DNA from: Candidatus Shapirobacteria bacterium
GTDB lineage: Bacteria > Patescibacteriota > Microgenomatia > UBA12405 > BS750m-G30
DNA: 64,000 bases
Assembly: GCA_043817235.1 (NCBI GenBank)
Contig: JBDRHA010000011.1
Location: forward strand, 107,467-171,466
Reading direction: 5' to 3'
In this document: one piece after another, positions 37,723-47,797 of the stretch
Numbering within the stretch: the stretch's first letter is position 1
How the letters are laid out: every line of letters starts with the position of its first letter
The notes under the pieces: generated by a model
Told to the model about the DNA's origin: nothing
What the model saw: the letters and a program-made list of their open reading frames with translations, nothing else
Database searches by the model: none
Program-made: the position numbers and the translations under genes

Positions 37723-39135
37723 ATGAACAAAAAGTATTATCTAACTACGCCAATTTATTATGTTAATGACGTTCCCCATATTGGGCATTTGAGCACCACC
37801 TTGGCTGCTGACTTTTTGGCCCGCTATCATCGACTTAAAAACTATCAAGTGTTTTTTTTAACCGGTACTGATGAGCACGGCCAGAAAGTAGCTCAAGCAG
37901 CCGAACAAAAGAAACTTTCCCCGCAAGAATTTACTAATCAAGTTTCTGCCCGTTTTCGCCAAGCCTGGAAAGAGCTTTATATCAGCAACGACTTTTTCAT
38001 TCGCACTACTGATCCTCGCCATAAAAAAATTGCCAGCCAAATTATCCAGAAAATTTATGATCAGGGCGATATCTATCAAGATACCTATGAAGGATTATAT
38101 TGTATTGGCTGTGAAAAATTCTTAACTGAATCAGATTTGGTAGATGGACATTGTCCTTTTCACCCGCCAGAAAAAACAGTTTCGCAAAAAGAAACAAACT
38201 GGTTTTTTAAGCTGTCAAAATATGTTCCTCAAATAATAGAACTTTTAGAAAATAAAAAAACTAATTACGCCTTTCCCGAATCCAAAAGAAAAGAGGTTTT
38301 GGCTAAATTAAAAACAGGCGTTCACGATATTTCTTTTTCTCGAGCCAATGTGGAATGGGGCGTTCCTGTTCCTTGGGATAAAACACAGACTGTTTATGTT
38401 TGGGTAGAAGCGCTACTCAATTATTATACCGCTACCCAATTTTTACCTAGAAAAAAGAATTATTGGCCGGCCGATTTGCATTTATTGGGCAAAGAAATTA
38501 TTTGGTTTCATATGGTGATTTGGCAAGCCATGCTTCTTTCGGCTAAACTGCCTCTTCCCAAAAAAGTTTTTGCTCATAGCTTTTATATTATTGACGAAAA
38601 AAAAATTTCTAAGTCTTTGGGCAATATGATCAGCCCCCGAGAATTAATTGACCAATTTGGAGCAGAAGGCACTCGCTATTTAATTGCCAGTTCTTTTCCG
38701 GACAAAAATGACACCAATGTCAGCTTAAGAAAATTCAAAGAAAAATATAACGCTGATTTGGCTAATAATTTTGGCAACTTAGTTTCGCGGGTGGCCAAAC
38801 TTACCAAAGATCTTAAAATTACTAATCCTAAAATTAAACTAAACTTCTATCCTCAAGTAGAAAACAATCTTAAAAAAGTTGACTTTAACAAGGCGCTAGA
38901 ATTTATCTGGCTAAAAAAAATAGATAAACTTAATTTAATTCTTAATCAAGAAAAACCCTGGCAGCAAAAAGAAACAAAAGCGAAAGCTATCTTAATCAAA
39001 ATAATTAAAGAAATTCAGTTAATAAATTATAATCTAAAGCCATTTTTGCCGGAAACGAGCAGCAAGATAGAAAAAATCTTTCGCCCGGGAAAACTAACTT
39101 CTTTACCTCAAAATCCCCTTTTCCCAAGAATTTAA
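37723..39135 (+). CDS. metG: methionine--tRNA ligase (minimal form, no C-terminal tRNA-binding extension)
   Basis: HIGH motif (TTPIYYVNDVPHIGH), KMSKS variant KISKSLGN, CIGCEKF...GHCPFH zinc knuckle. Confidence 0.9.
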   Translation: MNKKYYLTTPIYYVNDVPHIGHLSTTLAADFLARYHRLKNYQVFFLTGTDEHGQKVAQAAEQKKLSPQEFTNQVSARFRQAWKELYISNDFFIRTTDPRHKKIASQIIQKIYDQGDIYQDTYEGLYCIGCEKFLTESDLVDGHCPFHPPEKTVSQKETNWFFKLSKYVPQIIELLENKKTNYAFPESKRKEVLAKLKTGVHDISFSRANVEWGVPVPWDKTQTVYVWVEALLNYYTATQFLPRKKNYWPADLHLLGKEIIWFHMVIWQAMLLSAKLPLPKKVFAHSFYIIDEKKISKSLGNMISPRELIDQFGAEGTRYLIASSFPDKNDTNVSLRKFKEKYNADLANNFGNLVSRVAKLTKDLKITNPKIKLNFYPQVENNLKKVDFNKALEFIWLKKIDKLNLILNQEKPWQQKETKAKAILIKIIKEIQLINYNLKPFLPETSSKIEKIFRPGKLTSLPQNPLFPRI

Positions 39136-39204
39136 TTCCAAAAATTTATTTCGAGCCTTGCCCAGGGAATAAATACCCTATATTTTATTATAATATACTT
39201 CGGC

Positions 39205-39522
39205 ATGTATAGTAAAATCGAAGGACAAAATTCAGCCCCCTTTATTCAAAAAGCAATGGAAGTAGCAGATACCGCCAATGGGATGATTAGTTCAGGCGCT
39301 AGACTAGAAGAAGATCCCAATGATCTTGAGGCACTTTTTACTCAAGCCGTATGCCAAGCAAAAGTAAGAAACGACCAGGAATTGGCAAAAGGAATTGTTG
39401 TATATAAAGAGCAGCTGCTATTTAGACTGACTAAGATAATAGAAATCCTAGAAACCGAGGGCGAAGATGCTCTATCTAATCTAAATCTAATAATGATTGG
39501 GTATTCTTGGGGAGTATTTTGA
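39205..39522 (+). CDS. hypothetical protein
   Basis: 105-aa ORF, no recognisable motif. Confidence 0.3.
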   Translation: MYSKIEGQNSAPFIQKAMEVADTANGMISSGARLEEDPNDLEALFTQAVCQAKVRNDQELAKGIVVYKEQLLFRLTKIIEILETEGEDALSNLNLIMIGYSWGVF

Positions 39523-39636
39523 GAAACACTAACCCCGAGCTAGGTTTATAGACAATCCCTTCCTATAATAAAAGTCCGAAAATCGTCCCTATCCTACTTT
39601 AAAACTTCAGGGTAATAAATATCCGGCGAGCAAATT

Positions 39637-39975
39637 CTAAGAAGACCAGAAAACAATCAAGCTACTTTTATGCTGGTAAAGCTGATAATCCTTTAAAACC
39701 CTGTCAAATAATACCAGCCAATCTTTTTTAGGGAGAGTCTTGCCTGCATCAAACAAAGCATGATACAAATCTTTTACTGGCTCGCGCAAAAAGAGGTATT
39801 TAAAATTTCTGACTACTTCATTTAATACATTTTCCTTATCATCTAAGTGGTGGAGGGCAAAAGTAAAAGTGGCCATTTCTCCCTTAGGTATTTTCTTATT
39901 TAAGTCCATTTTCTTAACTCTTAACCCTTTTTCTCTAGCTCCTTTCAAAAGAAAATCGTTGCGTTCATAGCCCAA
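39637..39975 (-). CDS. hypothetical protein, possibly a truncated methyltransferase remnant
   Basis: FTFALHHLDDKENVLNEV resembles the post-motif-I region of SAM methyltransferases; no N-terminal SAM-binding motif. Confidence 0.3.
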   Translation of the reverse strand: MGYERNDFLLKGAREKGLRVKKMDLNKKIPKGEMATFTFALHHLDDKENVLNEVVRNFKYLFLREPVKDLYHALFDAGKTLPKKDWLVLFDRVLKDYQLYQHKSSLIVFWSS

Positions 39976-40149
39976 AACGCTCTTAGGTTGAAAGGTCTTC
40001 TTAATTCTTAAAGTATTTGAGCCGCAGGATTATACAGACTAAGCCGGTCCTAAAACCGTCCACGCCGGTAAATTAAATGGTACCCAATTTAACCAAGATA
40101 TTTCTTGCATTTTATCAGGTTTAGAATTATTTAACCTGAAGGGTGGACA

Positions 40150-41067
40150 CTAAAATCCTATAGGCTTAAAAGGCTTTTGGGCAATTATTTCGTACCAAAC
40201 TCTGGGAAGAGCAGAAATACTAAGTTCACTGATTGCTTGTTTAAATGCCCTGCTTTTTTCTATGTCCGAAACGCTTTCTTGTCCCAGCACATCCTCAAGC
40301 GCTCCTCTAAAAAAAGCTGGATATTCTGCGATAGCTGCTAATGCCCTTGTTGTCAAATTTACAACTTTTTTTGCTTCATGAATGACTTCAAGACCAGTAT
40401 TTTTTATCATTTGTCTATATGTTTCAGGGGAATGGATTTGCATTACTTGAATCTGTCTATCTCTCTTTCCTCCCAATATTCTCATTACTCGCAATTTCAA
40501 TTTCCCCCATGACATAGGATCTTCTGAAATTCCTTCAGTTGTAAAAGCGCTATTAAAAGCTAGTAGTCCTCCTGGTTTTAAAATATTTGCCATGCTTCCA
40601 ATAATCTTAATTTTATCCTCATCCTCTCTAATTTCATGAAGAGCATCATGTATACTAACCCCATCAACCCCCCTTGGTTGAATTCTTTCGCTAAGTAATT
40701 GCATAAGATCCTGGCCCAAGCCGGCGATAAATTCTATAGAGATATCTCTTGAGCCTAGAACCTTTCTCATGGCTATACTCAGAGAGGTTTCATTGGGATC
40801 TATACCTATAATTGCCCCTCTTTTATTTTTTTTAGACGCTTCTTCTTTAATAAGTTCAGGAACAAGTCCTGTGCCAGTAGCGACATCAACATGGTAAAAG
40901 ACTGGCGGAAGCTCCGATACCAACTGCCTGACGAGATCTCTGTTAACTTCTCTATATTCTGATTGCCTGCTGAAATTTTCAAAATTTAAGCCATTGCCTA
41001 CGGGAGGCTGTTCTTCTGACATTTTTTCTTGGTAGCCTACTGACGAACTCGCTCTTTCGGGGCTCAT
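40150..41067 (-). CDS. class I SAM-dependent methyltransferase
   Basis: Motif I-like VDVATGTGLV; later ILKPGGLLAF. Confidence 0.55.
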   Translation of the reverse strand: MSPERASSSVGYQEKMSEEQPPVGNGLNFENFSRQSEYREVNRDLVRQLVSELPPVFYHVDVATGTGLVPELIKEEASKKNKRGAIIGIDPNETSLSIAMRKVLGSRDISIEFIAGLGQDLMQLLSERIQPRGVDGVSIHDALHEIREDEDKIKIIGSMANILKPGGLLAFNSAFTTEGISEDPMSWGKLKLRVMRILGGKRDRQIQVMQIHSPETYRQMIKNTGLEVIHEAKKVVNLTTRALAAIAEYPAFFRGALEDVLGQESVSDIEKSRAFKQAISELSISALPRVWYEIIAQKPFKPIGF

Positions 41068-41511
41068 TAAAATTAATTATATACTTGTCTCGCTCAAATT
41101 TGTAATTTTTAAGCTATTCGCATGCCCCAATTTATCACATAGGGTAATTTAGAGAATGGTTTTAATGTGTTCTAAAATCGCTCCATCCGACAAATCAATA
41201 TCAGCTGACAAGGGGATCGGGAAAACCCTATCTGTCCTCATTCTTTGAATCACTGGTATTATAAACCAAGCTTTTTCCCCAGAATTGTCTAATCTTCTTG
41301 CTTCTAAAAGACTTTGGAAGTAAAATATCGCATGTCAGCAGAAAAAAATCCAGGCAGCCAAGATGAAATTATAAGGTTTATGAGTGAACACTATAGAGGG
41401 CGGACTCCCCCCTCCGGCTCTTTAGATGCTTTAATCCAAGCCCAAGAAAAGGAAATATCTACTAAAGACGATCCAGGCAATCAACAAGATAAACTCCTGC
41501 TATAATTTTGC

Positions 41512-42405
41512 ATGATTGACGCTCATGCTCATCTTAGTTTTCCAGACTATCAATCTGATTTAGACTTGATAATTGCCCGAGCAAAAGAAGCGGGAGTAAA
41601 AAAAATAATTTGCGCTTCCAGTAATTTAGAAGAAAGCCAGCGAGCAGTAGAAATTGCCCAAAAATATCCGGGTGTTGTTTTTGCGGGCATTGGGATTCAC
41701 CCTCAACAGACTGACCCAGAAAACAAAATGCCTCTTGATAAGCAAATAAAAGCTCTCGAGTCGCTGGCTTCTCAAAAAGAAGTGGCTTGCCTTGCCGAAT
41801 GCGGTTTAGATTACGCGCCCGCTCCCCCTCCAGAAAAAGATCGAAGTAAAAAAAATCAATATTATCTTTTTGAAGCCCAGCTGAAAATCGCCCAAAAACT
41901 AAACCTGCCAGTTCAAATTCACTCCCGCCAAGCTTATTTAGACACCTTAGCTATACTCAAAAGTTATCCCAAAATAAGAGGACTTTGGCATTGCTATTCT
42001 GAAGGAAAAAAAGGTATTGAAGCAATTATTAATCTTGGTTTATATTTTGGCGTGGACGGCAACTTAACCTACGACCCGGGCTTGCAAAATGTTTTTAAGC
42101 TTATCCCCCTGAATAAAATAATTTTAGAAACAGATTCCCCTCTTTTAACTCCGCTTCCTTTTCGCGGCCAAAGAAACGAGCCAGCATATTTATTTTATCT
42201 AGCAAAAACCCTAGCCAAAATGAAGCCTCTGCGCAGCAAGCTGCGCAGTTTCTTCTTTTGCTCGCTTTGCGAGGATTATAGCTTTCATCCACGGAGCAAG
42301 CTCCGAGGTTTTCCCGCTCGCAAAATAAAAAATGTCCCTTTGGCTAAAATCGACCAAATTACTTCCCGTAACACCAAAAATCTCTTTACTAAGCTAGCAC
42401 AATAA
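41512..42405 (+). CDS. TatD-family metal-dependent hydrolase with a C-terminal insertion
   Basis: MIDAHAHLSFPDY, ...ECGLDY..., LNLPVQIHSRQA, ILETDSPLL TatD blocks; extra ~35 aa before the C-terminal end. Confidence 0.7.
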   Translation: MIDAHAHLSFPDYQSDLDLIIARAKEAGVKKIICASSNLEESQRAVEIAQKYPGVVFAGIGIHPQQTDPENKMPLDKQIKALESLASQKEVACLAECGLDYAPAPPPEKDRSKKNQYYLFEAQLKIAQKLNLPVQIHSRQAYLDTLAILKSYPKIRGLWHCYSEGKKGIEAIINLGLYFGVDGNLTYDPGLQNVFKLIPLNKIILETDSPLLTPLPFRGQRNEPAYLFYLAKTLAKMKPLRSKLRSFFFCSLCEDYSFHPRSKLRGFPARKIKNVPLAKIDQITSRNTKNLFTKLAQ

Positions 42406-42422
42406 GTTAATCTAATATTAGA

Positions 42423-45400
42423 GTGAAACAGATCGCCAGATTATTATTTTTTGTTGTTCTTGGTTTAATTTTTTTCGCTAAGTCAGCTTCAGCCGCAAAC
42501 CGCTACTGGGTTGGAGGATCAGATGGCGCCAACACCAATAATACAGCCAACTGGTCAGCTTCTTCGGGCAATGCCTGCGGACTGGGCGGCGGGGCATCTG
42601 TTCCCGGTTCTTCAGATGTAGCTATTTTTAACCCAGACTGCACTAATGGCGCAACTATTAATTCTGCTCTTAATGTCGCCGGAATGGATATCAACACAGG
42701 CTATACAGGAACGATTGCCCAAGCTTCGGGGATAACTATTACTGTTGGATCAAGTGATTGGATCCAGGATGCCGGTGATTTTAACGGGGGAGATGCCTAT
42801 ATTGACGTTAATGACGACTTTACCTTAAATTCTGGGGCCGATTTTACTTCTACTTCAAATGAGTTAAAAGTAAGCGGCAATTTGACAATTAATTCCGCTG
42901 CTATTTTTACTCACAACTCCGGCATCATTACTTTTGACGGCAGTTTTTCAAAAGCCATGGCTTGCGGTGGTAAAACATTTAATGCCATTAATTTCAGTAA
43001 GGGCATCTACACTATGACTGTAGGAAGCGACTGCACTCTTCCTGTTGCCGGCACTGATCCGACTTCGTCCGGTATTGTTAACAATGGCTCTATTATAGTT
43101 ACCGGTGATTGGACCATTAACGGTAATTACACCAGTAACACTGGTTGTAGTTTGACCATGTCTGGCAATACTCTTGATGTTCAGGCCTTGGTGCTTAACG
43201 CGGGCACTTTTCCGACGGGAATAACGACTCTTTATTTATCAGGCAATCTTGATAATAGCGGCAACCTTTTACCAAATAATATTGATCTGACCTTAGACGG
43301 CTTATCGAACACCATCTTAACAAGTTGCGGGACTGCTACTTTTAATTCGGTTAATATCGACAAAGGCAGTTTAGGTTACACGGTGACCGTTGCCAGCAAC
43401 TGTACCCTGCCTATTGCCGGTACCGATCCTTCAAACACCGGCAAGGTGGTCAATAACGGGGAAATTATCATTGATGGTAATTGGAATATTGATGGCTATA
43501 CGGCCAACAGCGGTTCTGTTTTAACAATGACCGGTGACATTCTTGATATTGATGGCGATTTAACACTGAATGCCGGTACCTTTCCTCAAGGGATTACCAC
43601 TTTGTTTGTTGGGGCCAATTTGGACAATACCGGTAATCTTTTACCCAATAATCTTGATTTAAGCTTTGACTCATCAAATCACACTGCAGTTACCTGCGGC
43701 AATGCTACTTTTAATTCGGTTAATATTAGCAAAGGCAGCACCGTTTACACCGTGACTGTTGGCAGTGACTGCACTTTACCGTTGGCTGGAAGCAATCCTA
43801 TTTCTGTAGGCAGGGTTATTAACAATGGTCAAATTGATGTCACCGGCACCTGGTCGATTACTGCTTTTACCAGCAACGCTAATTCGACTTTAACAATGAC
43901 CGGCAATACTTTAGCGACCGTGGCTGACAGTCTTGTCTTAACCGCTGGCACTTTTCCCCAGGGAATTACCACCCTTTCGGTGGCAGGTAGTCTTGACAAC
44001 AGCGGCAGCCTTTTGCCTGATGGAATTGATTTAACTTTATCTTTTGGCCACGGTAATTTAAACTGTGGTAATGCGGCCTTTAATTCCATTACCGTAAATA
44101 AATCCATTATTTATACTACTACCCCTGTCAGCAGCTGCAGCACGGGTAATTTTAATTTAATCTCAGGTAGTTTTGCCAATCCGGCTTTGGCTTACACTTA
44201 TAATCTTACGGGTAATTACTCGCAAACAAATAATATTACCACTGCGGGTGGTAATTTGACTTTTAACTTTACCGGTACCGGCGCTCAGGCATTGTCCATG
44301 ATTGCCGGTACTTTTGCTTCTGTTTTTAATGTTAACAAGTCCAATAGTACCTTGTCTTTGTCCACTGCGTTTAGTACCTCGGCCCAAGCCTGCACGGTTC
44401 AGGAAGGCACTTTTGATATCAATGGCAATGCTTTTACCTGCGGTTCGGCTTTTACGATTGAAGACGGCGGTATTTTTCAATTTGAAGGCGATGAGTCTAC
44501 CACCACGCCCACTTTAAATTCCGGTTCAAAAGTAGTTTACAAAGGCAATGGCGACTCTAGCCCTGATTCTTACTCATTGCTTGAATGGGATTATCATCAC
44601 TTAACTATTAATATGACGGATAGTGATGATATAGTGACTGGCAACGGAATAGACGAGATTAACGTAATTGGCAATTTAGCCCTTGACGGCGGTATTTTTA
44701 CTGGCCCGATTCTTTTAAACGTGACCGGAGATTGGAATGACGGCTCGGGTAGTTTTAGCCACAACTCCGGTACCGTGGTTTTAAACGGCTCCAGCCAGGC
44801 AATTACTGGCACTACGACTTTTAACAACTTTACCAAAGCAGCTTCTGCAGCAGACACCCTGATTTTTCCGGCCTCTAGCCGCCAAACTTTTATGGGAACC
44901 ATGACTTTAACCGGACAAGAAGACAACTTGCTTTCTTTGCGCTCTTCTACGCCTGAAACTCAGTGGGAAATAGATCCTCAATCAGCCCGAACTATTCAGT
45001 ATTTAGACGTGCAGGATTCTAACAATGTTAGCGCTACTCCTATCACTACCTCCGGATTAAACATTACTGACTCGGATCGCAATACTGGCTGGACTTTTAA
45101 TTCTGCCCCGGAAGCAACCGCTCCTTCATCTGTCTTTCAGTCTACAGATGGAAGTGGACATATTACTTTCTCTACCGCAATTTCTGACTCGGATAGCAAT
45201 GATACTAAGCTCAGGATAGAATATTCGGACGACGGCGGGAGTAATTGGCATGACCCGGATTTAGTTTCTGCTACTCCTTCTTCAGGAACAGTAGACCTTG
45301 ATGATGATAATGCTTACCAGGTCGGCAGCGTTGACAATATAGATACTTCTGGAGGAAATATTACCTTGACCATTGTTTGGGATACTCAGTCGGCTAATAA

Positions 45401-47780
45401 TGAAAATGGAAGTTTAGATGATACTTCTCAAGACGATATTCAAATTAAAGTAATTGCCAATGATGGAATTATTGATAGTTCAGCTGCAACTAGCAATTCT
45501 TTTTCCGTGGACAACCAAGATCCTTCGGGTGGAAGTCTTAGTATAAACGCGGGGGCAGTATATGCAACTTCTACTGCGGCTACTTCAATCATTGCCGCTA
45601 CCGGCGCTTCCCAAATGATAGTTTCAGAAAGCAGTAACTTTACTGACGCCTCTTGGGAAGATTACAATACAAGTAAAGCTTTTACTTTATCTTCCGGCAA
45701 CGGCACTAAAACTGTTTACGCGAAATTTAAAGATGCTGTCGGCAACGAATCTGGAACAGTTTCCGATAACATCATCTTAGATACCATTGCTCCCCAAGAT
45801 TCCAACTCCATTAATGATGGAGCGGCTTATACTAACTCCACTAGTATTACTTTAACGATCAGCGCTTTTGATGCTACTTCCGGTTTAAATCAAATGATAA
45901 TCTCTGAGAACGCTGATTTTACTGGTGCTTCTTGGGAAGACTACGCTATGAGCAAAAGTTTAACTATTTCTTCAACCGAAGGAGCAAAAACCGTCTACTT
46001 GAAGTTTAAAGATAACGCCGGCAATGAATCAGAAGTTTTTTCTGATACTATTACTTTGGACAGTACGGCTCCGACCGGAACAATAAACATCAATAATGGA
46101 GCTGCCTACACCGGCTCCGTTAGTATTACTTTGGCTATTTCCGCCAACGATACTCTTTCGGATGTAGCCCAAGTTATAGTTTCTGAAGATAGCAGTTTTA
46201 CTGGCAATTCCTGGGAATCGTACACTACCAGCAGATCTTTTACCCTTTCCGGTGCTCCTGGTCAAAAAACTGTGTATTTAAAAGCAAAAGACAATGCCGG
46301 CAATGAATCCGGCACATATTCAGATACTATAATCTTGGACGATGCTCCACCTTCGAGTCTTTATCTAGATTCCCCCAGTCCTGACGGTTTTACCAATTCC
46401 GAGCGGCCTACTTTTAAATGGAAAGCTGCTTCGCCAGCAGATTCTGATCTATCAGAGTATCAGCTAGAAATAGATAATGGCGATAATGGCAGTTTTAGTC
46501 TAGACGGCATCCCCACTAACCGAACAACAAATTACGAAACTAGCAAATATTATGTTCGATATGAGGGGTTTTCTGACGAAAACGATGACAATAACTATCT
46601 TTATTTGCAAACTAAATCTACAGACTTTTGGACTAGCTCCCAAAATGATGGCAAACTAAGAGAGGGGAGAAGGGCTTGGAAAATAAAAGCGATTGACCAA
46701 GCAGGCAATGTTCGGGAAAATTCTGCTAAGCTGTATGTAGATTTCACCTCTCCTGGTCTTTCAGTTTTTTTAAACCAAACTAGAGTGAACGACAATCAAA
46801 CACTAGCCGCCCTAGATACTGCTCCTTTGCTTTCTTTAAGCTTAACGGATAGCAGAAGCGGCAGCAATGCTAATGACAGAATCCGCTCTGATCCTCAAAA
46901 AATTATCATTACCCTAACCAAGATCGGCAGCTTAATAGATAAAGTTTCTCAAACTATTACCATTGCCGACTTAAGTTACGATACCTCCCGATGCAGCTCG
47001 GGCATTGACCCTTTTTCGGCAGATGACGATTGCTCTGCTTTCTTTAATTACGACTTAGAAGACTTAGATTGCGACAGCAATTACCAAATCAAGATTGAGG
47101 GAAACGATTGGGCCGGAAACAAGAAAATTATCAGCTTTAATCTAAATCAGGTTTCCCAACTCTCTTTACCCCAAGAGCTGAAAGAGGAAATAGAAAAAGA
47201 AATAGAGAAAATAGAAGAAGAGAAAAATATTTCTTTAAGTCCCAAAGAAAAAGAAGAAATTAAAGAAAAAATTATTAAAGATTTTCCTCAAGTCTCTGCT
47301 CTTACTCAGTCTCCCTCAAAAATTACGAAATTGACCAAAAACATTTTTCGAGCTCTTCTGACAACCTTGAGAAAAGCCGGAAAAATTGTAAATAGCGCCA
47401 AACCCTCGATAAATCCTCCTTCAATTGCAATCTTTCAGTCTATCTTTAAAATAGGCCAAGGAATAAAAATCGCATATCAGTCTTTTGTAGCTACAGTTTT
47501 TGACAGTGAACCGACGAAAATTATTGGGGTTAAAATTAAGAACACAGAGCCGAATCAGGCAATCCTGACTTTTTCTACTAACCATCCGGCGACTATAAAA
47601 GTCAATTACGGCAAATCTACTGCTTACGGCCAGGAAAAATTCATTGATCAAAAAGGAAAAGAGCATCTAATAATTTTAGATAGTTTAGAAGCAGAAACAG
47701 AATACTTTTTTGAAATCATCGCTCAAGGAAAAAACACAGCCATTGATGCTTACCGCACATTTGAAACGCCGACCGAATAA
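42423..47780 (+). CDS. giant (1785 aa) secreted repeat-containing surface protein / putative adhesin
   Basis: Signal peptide, N-terminal RYWVGGSDGANTNNTANWS motif (autotransporter-associated beta-strand-repeat-like), 4 tandem ~130-aa units, 4 tandem ~91-aa units (...SENADFTGASWEDY...KTVYLKFKDNAGNES...), a charged EKEIEK segment, C-terminal FN3-like domain. Confidence 0.8.
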   Translation: MKQIARLLFFVVLGLIFFAKSASAANRYWVGGSDGANTNNTANWSASSGNACGLGGGASVPGSSDVAIFNPDCTNGATINSALNVAGMDINTGYTGTIAQASGITITVGSSDWIQDAGDFNGGDAYIDVNDDFTLNSGADFTSTSNELKVSGNLTINSAAIFTHNSGIITFDGSFSKAMACGGKTFNAINFSKGIYTMTVGSDCTLPVAGTDPTSSGIVNNGSIIVTGDWTINGNYTSNTGCSLTMSGNTLDVQALVLNAGTFPTGITTLYLSGNLDNSGNLLPNNIDLTLDGLSNTILTSCGTATFNSVNIDKGSLGYTVTVASNCTLPIAGTDPSNTGKVVNNGEIIIDGNWNIDGYTANSGSVLTMTGDILDIDGDLTLNAGTFPQGITTLFVGANLDNTGNLLPNNLDLSFDSSNHTAVTCGNATFNSVNISKGSTVYTVTVGSDCTLPLAGSNPISVGRVINNGQIDVTGTWSITAFTSNANSTLTMTGNTLATVADSLVLTAGTFPQGITTLSVAGSLDNSGSLLPDGIDLTLSFGHGNLNCGNAAFNSITVNKSIIYTTTPVSSCSTGNFNLISGSFANPALAYTYNLTGNYSQTNNITTAGGNLTFNFTGTGAQALSMIAGTFASVFNVNKSNSTLSLSTAFSTSAQACTVQEGTFDINGNAFTCGSAFTIEDGGIFQFEGDESTTTPTLNSGSKVVYKGNGDSSPDSYSLLEWDYHHLTINMTDSDDIVTGNGIDEINVIGNLALDGGIFTGPILLNVTGDWNDGSGSFSHNSGTVVLNGSSQAITGTTTFNNFTKAASAADTLIFPASSRQTFMGTMTLTGQEDNLLSLRSSTPETQWEIDPQSARTIQYLDVQDSNNVSATPITTSGLNITDSDRNTGWTFNSAPEATAPSSVFQSTDGSGHITFSTAISDSDSNDTKLRIEYSDDGGSNWHDPDLVSATPSSGTVDLDDDNAYQVGSVDNIDTSGGNITLTIVWDTQSANNENGSLDDTSQDDIQIKVIANDGIIDSSAATSNSFSVDNQDPSGGSLSINAGAVYATSTAATSIIAATGASQMIVSESSNFTDASWEDYNTSKAFTLSSGNGTKTVYAKFKDAVGNESGTVSDNIILDTIAPQDSNSINDGAAYTNSTSITLTISAFDATSGLNQMIISENADFTGASWEDYAMSKSLTISSTEGAKTVYLKFKDNAGNESEVFSDTITLDSTAPTGTININNGAAYTGSVSITLAISANDTLSDVAQVIVSEDSSFTGNSWESYTTSRSFTLSGAPGQKTVYLKAKDNAGNESGTYSDTIILDDAPPSSLYLDSPSPDGFTNSERPTFKWKAASPADSDLSEYQLEIDNGDNGSFSLDGIPTNRTTNYETSKYYVRYEGFSDENDDNNYLYLQTKSTDFWTSSQNDGKLREGRRAWKIKAIDQAGNVRENSAKLYVDFTSPGLSVFLNQTRVNDNQTLAALDTAPLLSLSLTDSRSGSNANDRIRSDPQKIIITLTKIGSLIDKVSQTITIADLSYDTSRCSSGIDPFSADDDCSAFFNYDLEDLDCDSNYQIKIEGNDWAGNKKIISFNLNQVSQLSLPQELKEEIEKEIEKIEEEKNISLSPKEKEEIKEKIIKDFPQVSALTQSPSKITKLTKNIFRALLTTLRKAGKIVNSAKPSINPPSIAIFQSIFKIGQGIKIAYQSFVATVFDSEPTKIIGVKIKNTEPNQAILTFSTNHPATIKVNYGKSTAYGQEKFIDQKGKEHLIILDSLEAETEYFFEIIAQGKNTAIDAYRTFETPTE

Positions 47781-47797
47781 TGTGCTAAACTAAAAAA

